Source: an uncultured Candidatus Saccharibacteria bacterium
GTDB taxonomy: Bacteria; Patescibacteriota; Minisyncoccia; CAIUEV01; JAHKAQ01
Direction: 5' to 3'
NCBI GenBank assembly: GCA_964598205.1
Contig: CAZRBB010000001.1
Coordinates: forward strand, 28,199 to 92,198
DNA: 64,000 nucleotides
Part shown: piece by piece, positions 59,386 through 64,000 of the stretch
How the letters are laid out: each line of letters starts with the position of its first letter
Position numbering within the stretch: position 1 is the stretch's first letter
Notes under the pieces: generated by a model
The model's input: only the letters and a program-made list of their open reading frames with translations
The model's database searches: none
What the model was told of the DNA's origin: nothing
Program-made: the position numbers and the translations under genes

Positions 59386-60243
59386 GTGCTTATGCAGATG
59401 AACAAAGTTAACGAGGCAGGGGATCTGGTTATTGCCAAGGAGTCGGCCGACTACTCGTATCTTTTTGGCCGAAATAGCCAGTACGAGGTTCGCGCCTACA
59501 TTGGCGACGAAACATACAACATTATTAACAATGTAGGGGGGATTGGCGATCAGGTCTCCGAAGTCTATGTTCGAAGTTTTAGTGATGGCAAGTACTGGAA
59601 CGAAAGCTGGACTCCTCAAAAGGCCTCGGCAGAAATCAATCAAGCTCTGCTCTGGGATAACCAGAAGCGCATTCCGGTAGCCGCGCTCTTAATTTACCAC
59701 GGAGACGATCCGGAGATGGCGCACCTCAAAGAAAAGGTCATCGGTCTTTCCTGGGGAGTCCTTTTGGAGAATCTGGAAGCCTTAGACCAAAAACGGGATT
59801 TTCCGTTCAGTCTTCCGAAAAACTCCAAGAAATTCGGAAAAAAATTGTTTACCGCCTGGGCCCGCAATTTCTACCAGGAAGAAAGGGTGTTGGTGTACCG
59901 CGAGGTCGCCGTCCACCCCGACGCCCGGAAAAAGGGCAACCCGTTCATTGCCCACTTGGCGTACCCGATCGTTGGCCGTGCCTGGGAGCTTGGTTATCCG
60001 GTACTCATGTATTGGACCAACCGAAAATCCCCCAGCGTCGGCCTTGGTCTGGGCCTCGGCTGGTTGCCCATCTATTTTTGGGGCGATCCGGCCGATCACC
60101 TATTGATAGCCGGGCATACCAAGCCGTCTTCCGAAACCATGTTGACTTGTCTAGACAAGGACAAGTCAGTGGTAAAGGCCGGCTGGGAAACAGTAATTTC
60201 CCGTGCCATTGATTTTTCTGAAAGACACCCCCAACCGAAATAG
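59386..60243 (+). CDS. Hypothetical protein on a GC-rich island; possibly an acyltransferase-like core (unverified)
   Basis: 285-aa ORF whose DNA is visibly more GC-rich than its neighbours. No confident motif, only a weak GNAT-like stretch (VYREVAVHPDARKKGNPF). Confidence 0.45.
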   Translation: MLMQMNKVNEAGDLVIAKESADYSYLFGRNSQYEVRAYIGDETYNIINNVGGIGDQVSEVYVRSFSDGKYWNESWTPQKASAEINQALLWDNQKRIPVAALLIYHGDDPEMAHLKEKVIGLSWGVLLENLEALDQKRDFPFSLPKNSKKFGKKLFTAWARNFYQEERVLVYREVAVHPDARKKGNPFIAHLAYPIVGRAWELGYPVLMYWTNRKSPSVGLGLGLGWLPIYFWGDPADHLLIAGHTKPSSETMLTCLDKDKSVVKAGWETVISRAIDFSERHPQPK

Positions 60244-60393
60244 AGGATCGGCGCGGGGCCGTATGCCGTATAAAGAAAAGAGCGAGTTATTCTTTTGGTG
60301 CTAACAACCAAAGGTAGCCTCGTTCTTTTTTATTTTTTAAAAATGTTTTATACTAACAAAAATACTACATCGTCTTATTCTTATTTCTTGAAA

Positions 60394-61239
60394 ATGAACG
60401 GAAGAAATATTGCCGAAATTTCCCGCCAAGCAGTCGCCGAAAGACCAGATTACCTAGAAGGATTTTTTACCGGCGCTAAAAGTCGGAACTATTTTTTAGG
60501 GATTAACTACGCTTCGGCGGTGGTAAATAAAAAATTCTCTCATCCTGGATCAGCTCTCTTAGATTGCATCAACGCTTTTGATTTGGCAGAAGTTGCTCAA
60601 GCTAATATTGGCCAAATAAATATGATCAAAGTCTCTTCTTTTTGTGGCCCAGACGGAATTATTTGGGGTTACGATGTTGCCCAAGTGCCTAAAGAAATTA
60701 ATCACTGGGGAATTGATCCAGTAGGAGATACTGATGGTAATAAAATTCCAATTTATGACGCCGATCCCCTAAGAGAAGCTTTTAAAAAACTAACTGGCAC
60801 CGTTTCTAAAAAACGGTTTCCTTTTTTACCAGCAGCCCATGTTCCGTGTGCGGCCAAATTTGTTACCGTTCTTGAACCAGGCTTTATTTTTTCGGCGGTA
60901 GGTATTGGTATTCCAGTAGAAAGAGATAAAGCAGCTTGCCTTATTATGGAAGATATTGGCAGTCTTTCCTTGGAAGAATTAGGAACTTATGGCAGCAACT
61001 ATCAGGAAGTCGTTGTGAATAATTTAGCCAAAAGCATTGTTCAAATTGGAAAGAATCAACAAGTAAAGTTTAAAGAAATTTTTGCTGGTATTTCAGAGGC
61101 TAAAGTAGAAAAAGAGCAAGCTGGCTGTTCTTTAGTGGCCATGCCTTATTTTGTTTTAGCCAAAAATGCTTATCCCAAGGATCAGGACTTAGACAAATTA
61201 AGCTTAAGCGAGTGGGAAAAATCAATCTTCAAGATTTAA
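60394..61239 (+). CDS. hdcA: Pyruvoyl-dependent histidine decarboxylase (HdcA) proenzyme homolog
   Basis: IGQINMIKVSSFCG (an IGQINM...SSF block with the Ser-Ser self-cleavage site), PIYDADPL, APGFIF...CAAKFVT and AKSI blocks match the Lactobacillus pyruvoyl HDC as I recall it. Start taken at Met 60394. Confidence 0.6.
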   Translation: MNGRNIAEISRQAVAERPDYLEGFFTGAKSRNYFLGINYASAVVNKKFSHPGSALLDCINAFDLAEVAQANIGQINMIKVSSFCGPDGIIWGYDVAQVPKEINHWGIDPVGDTDGNKIPIYDADPLREAFKKLTGTVSKKRFPFLPAAHVPCAAKFVTVLEPGFIFSAVGIGIPVERDKAACLIMEDIGSLSLEELGTYGSNYQEVVVNNLAKSIVQIGKNQQVKFKEIFAGISEAKVEKEQAGCSLVAMPYFVLAKNAYPKDQDLDKLSLSEWEKSIFKI

Positions 61240-61254
61240 TCTTCTTCCCTTAAA

Positions 61255-63435
61255 ATGGAAATTATTTATCCCGTTGTTTATTTTATCTCTGTTTTTATTT
61301 GCGGATCGTTAGCCTTCTTGGTTCTTCTAAGAGACAGAAAATCAAAATTAAATCGTTCTTTTTTCTGGCTTTCACTCTCTATTGCTGGCTGGATTCTCTC
61401 CCTCTACTTTTTCTATTTTCTTCATGATGGCAATGTTTTACCGTTGGGCAGGCTTAATTTTGCTTTTACAGAACTAATTGCTGTTTTTATTTTTTATTTT
61501 GCCTTCCGATTCCCCAAGGAATCGTTCAAAATAAGAAAATCGCTAAATGTCCTTATATTTTTATGGACGGTTTTTTTGGTAGGGATAACTCTTTTTACCG
61601 ATTTAATAGACAAAGAAGAAATCATTAATAATGGAGCCATTAAAACAATCTATGGATCCTTTTATTTTTTGTTCGTGGTGCACTTTTTCCTTTTTTTTAT
61701 TCTTTTTTCGATCTTCTCCTTATTAAAATACAAGAATTTAGAAAACTTAGAGCGTTATCAGGCAAAGTATTTTATTTTAGGAGCTTTTGCCGCCATTATC
61801 CCAGCAACAATTACCAACATTGTCTTACCTCTTTTCTTTGACTACTTTGACGCTCAATACTGGGGACCATTTTTCACTCTTCTTTTTACTGGGGCAGTTA
61901 CTTATTCCATTATTGCCCACCGTTTTATGAATATTCAAATAATTCTAAGAAGCGGTTCGGTTTACTTTCTTTCTTTTCTTACCTTGATTTTCTTTTCTTG
62001 GATTTTTAAATATTTTTTAGGGTTTTTGCTTTTAGAAAATAATTTTTGGAGTTGGAGTGATTTTTTAGTAACAGTGGTGGCCATCTTAGTCTTCTATCCC
62101 ATTAGGAATTACTATTTTAAGATTACCAATAAGTATTTCTTTTCCTCTCTTTATAACAGTAGCCAAGTTATTTATGACCTAAGTAAAAAAATAAGCTCCA
62201 CATTAAACGATAACGAAATCTATAAGTTAGTTTGTTCTACCCTAGACGAAGCCTTTCATGTTGACGGGATTGCCATTTTAAAATACAAAAAAAACCATTC
62301 TTTTCTTAGGGTTAAAAGGAGCGAAAGCCTAGCTTTTAAAAATAACAGCCTAACACTAGAAGAGAGTCTCTATGAAGAATATTTTAGAAAGGGAAAATTA
62401 GTTTTTACGGAAGACTTAGCAAAGAATAAAAAACTAAAAGAATCTTTTGGCAATCTTAGGGCAAGTAAAATTGCAATAGTGGTTCCTCTTAATGTTGGCG
62501 AAAATCCAGTAGGAATAATTACCATTGGGTCCAAAGAATCCAGAGATCCTTACAACAAAGAAGACTTAGAAATGTTAGAAGTAATTAGTGCCCAAGTGGC
62601 AATCGCTATTCAGAACGCTATTTCTTATAAAGAAATCAAGGAATTTTCTAAAAAAATGGAAAGAGAAGTTAAAAAAGCCACCAAAGAATTAACTTCTACC
62701 AACAAGAAATTAAGGAAAATAGACAAAGCCAAGTCCGAATTTATTTCTATCGCTTCGCATCAGTTAAGAACTCCATTGACTTCTATTAAGGGATTCACCT
62801 CTCTCTTAATAGACGGTTCTTATGGCGATATTTCCCCTGAACAAAAACAAGTTTTAGAAAAAGTTTATATTTCCAATGAACGATTAATTATGTTGGTAGA
62901 AGACTTGCTCAATGTTTCTCGGATCGAAAGAGGTAAATTAGACTATGAGTTTCAAGAAATAAAAATGGTTGATTTAATAGAAAGCGTGATCAAGATTATG
63001 AACATTCAGGCCAAAGAAAGAAACCTTTTCCTTAAATTCGAAAACAAGGCGCCAGTAAATTTTACAATAGAAGCTGATTACAGAAAGTTAGTCGAAATAA
63101 TTGGCAATTTAGTGGATAATGCCATTAAATATACTGAAAAAGGAGGAGTAACGGTTGTTTTAAATAAGCAAAAAGATTCATCGGTATTAATAGAAGTCAT
63201 GGATACTGGGGTGGGTATTAAAAGAACAGAGATTCCTAAGCTGTTTGAAAAGTTCAGTCGTGGAGAAGGGATTCATCGGCTTTATGCTGGAGGAACTGGA
63301 TTGGGGCTGTATGTGGTTAAAAAAATGACAGAAGCCCATGGAGGAAAGGTTTGGATTAAAAGCGCTGGAGAAGGCAAGGGGAGTTCATTTTTATTGGAAC
63401 TGCCTTTGCATCAAAAAAAAATTGACCAAACATAA
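61255..63435 (+). CDS. Sensor histidine kinase with an N-terminal 7-TM-like domain, GAF domain, HisKA and HATPase_c
   Basis: About 8 TM helices, a GAF-like region, an H-box FISIASHQLRTPLTSIKGF, and ATPase N/G boxes (DNAIKYT, GGTGLGLYVVKKM). Confidence 0.8.
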   Translation: MEIIYPVVYFISVFICGSLAFLVLLRDRKSKLNRSFFWLSLSIAGWILSLYFFYFLHDGNVLPLGRLNFAFTELIAVFIFYFAFRFPKESFKIRKSLNVLIFLWTVFLVGITLFTDLIDKEEIINNGAIKTIYGSFYFLFVVHFFLFFILFSIFSLLKYKNLENLERYQAKYFILGAFAAIIPATITNIVLPLFFDYFDAQYWGPFFTLLFTGAVTYSIIAHRFMNIQIILRSGSVYFLSFLTLIFFSWIFKYFLGFLLLENNFWSWSDFLVTVVAILVFYPIRNYYFKITNKYFFSSLYNSSQVIYDLSKKISSTLNDNEIYKLVCSTLDEAFHVDGIAILKYKKNHSFLRVKRSESLAFKNNSLTLEESLYEEYFRKGKLVFTEDLAKNKKLKESFGNLRASKIAIVVPLNVGENPVGIITIGSKESRDPYNKEDLEMLEVISAQVAIAIQNAISYKEIKEFSKKMEREVKKATKELTSTNKKLRKIDKAKSEFISIASHQLRTPLTSIKGFTSLLIDGSYGDISPEQKQVLEKVYISNERLIMLVEDLLNVSRIERGKLDYEFQEIKMVDLIESVIKIMNIQAKERNLFLKFENKAPVNFTIEADYRKLVEIIGNLVDNAIKYTEKGGVTVVLNKQKDSSVLIEVMDTGVGIKRTEIPKLFEKFSRGEGIHRLYAGGTGLGLYVVKKMTEAHGGKVWIKSAGEGKGSSFLLELPLHQKKIDQT

Positions 63436-63521
63436 TCTTCATTTGCTCTAGCAGCGCTTTCTATGTTAAACATTCTAAAGATTAGCATAGGATTTCGTTG
63501 CTGTTTATTAATTAGAAATTT

Positions 63522-64000
63522 ATGAAAATTGTTTTTAGAATTTATAATTGGGGATGTAAAAAGGAGCGAGAACTAGAAGAAAACATTGAAGAAGGCAAAG
63601 ATTATGTGATTAGTAATAATTTTGGCAAATTCATTGCATTCGTCGAAAAGGTGGAAAAAAAAATTGCTAAAAAGGATTCTGAGCTTTGTATTTCCGAAGA
63701 AAAAACCGAATGCCCGGCATTTTGCAAAGAAGATTATTTTAAAATTATTCGCCTAGCAGAAGAAAAAGATTTAGCGGCTGCCAAGGAATTAAGAAAAGAA
63801 GAAATATCTATTTTGGAAAAAAGTCGGCTAAAGGTAAAAGAACATAATCTGCCAATGAAGTTAGTCGGAGCGAATATTAGCTTGGACGGCGGTAGTGTAG
63901 TGGTGGCCTTTACTGCAGAAAATAAGGTGGATTTTCGGGATTTGGTGCGCGATTTGGCGCGGACGGTACAAAAGGCAGTCCGCTTGGAACAAATAGGATC
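63522..64000 (+). CDS. PSP1/RicT (YaaT)-like protein; partial, continues beyond the window
   Basis: Open frame from ATG at 63522 to the window end; the C-terminal portion (NLPMKLVGANISLDGGSVVVAFTAENKVDFRDLVRDLARTVQKAVRLEQIG) matches the PSP1 C-terminal domain. Confidence 0.5.
   Translation, partial: MKIVFRIYNWGCKKERELEENIEEGKDYVISNNFGKFIAFVEKVEKKIAKKDSELCISEEKTECPAFCKEDYFKIIRLAEEKDLAAAKELRKEEISILEKSRLKVKEHNLPMKLVGANISLDGGSVVVAFTAENKVDFRDLVRDLARTVQKAVRLEQIG

Noticed and set aside
59227-60311. Minus-strand ORFs of 138, 105 and 71 aa overlapping def upstream and the GC-island gene
   Set aside because: They are antisense to, or overlapping, better-supported genes and carry no motifs. GC-rich DNA again yields long spurious frames.
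1-64000. CRISPR arrays, IS elements and prophage integrases
   Set aside because: No regularly spaced direct repeats and no transposase or integrase-like ORFs were seen. The only tandem repeats are the 33-nt coding repeats in the LysM gene and the (AAAAAT)5 microsatellite.

Overview
This is a low-GC bacterial chromosomal segment (roughly 35-40% GC by eye) with tightly packed, mostly short genes. It is probably from a reduced-genome lineage, either Patescibacteria/CPR-like or a small Firmicutes-like organism; that placement is inference. The hints are an isolated 5S rRNA gene, a ThrRS without the TGS domain, weak Shine-Dalgarno sequences and RNase Y-YmdB synteny.

Housekeeping content: ychF, a manC-like gene, four tRNAs (Ser-GCT, Arg-CCT, Thr-TGT, Gly-TCC), uppP, pyrF, 5S rRNA, ftsW/rodA, rplY, hup, rny-ymdB, miaA-miaB-thrS, rpoB-rpoC, rpsO-pnp, pcrA/uvrD and def-fmt.

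Accessory content: a roughly 15 kb cell-envelope glycan cluster (41.3-55.7 kb) holds a GH10-like hydrolase, four glycosyltransferases, an O-antigen ligase/polymerase-like protein, a Wzz-like protein, a WbaP-like priming transferase, a small radical SAM protein with a close paralog at 4.7-5.7 kb, and a SpoIID/LytB-like protein with an extreme Tyr/Lys-rich repeat tract.

Observations that warrant follow-up:
- Two copies (50.04 kb and 57.64 kb) of an unclassified, highly structured intergenic element with a conserved core; every helix differs in sequence but stays paired, which is a covariation signature of a functional RNA.
- A candidate T-box leader upstream of thrS whose variable base matches the U discriminator of the local tRNA-Thr.
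- Two roughly 1 kb GC-rich single-gene islands (47.8-48.9 kb, a LysM secreted protein with 33-nt tandem repeats; 59.3-60.3 kb) that look horizontally acquired.
- A pyruvoyl-type histidine decarboxylase (HdcA) homolog next to a GAF sensor histidine kinase.
- A decayed PEP-synthase/PPDK gene remnant.
- Long perfect palindromic terminators.

No CRISPR array or IS element was recognised.
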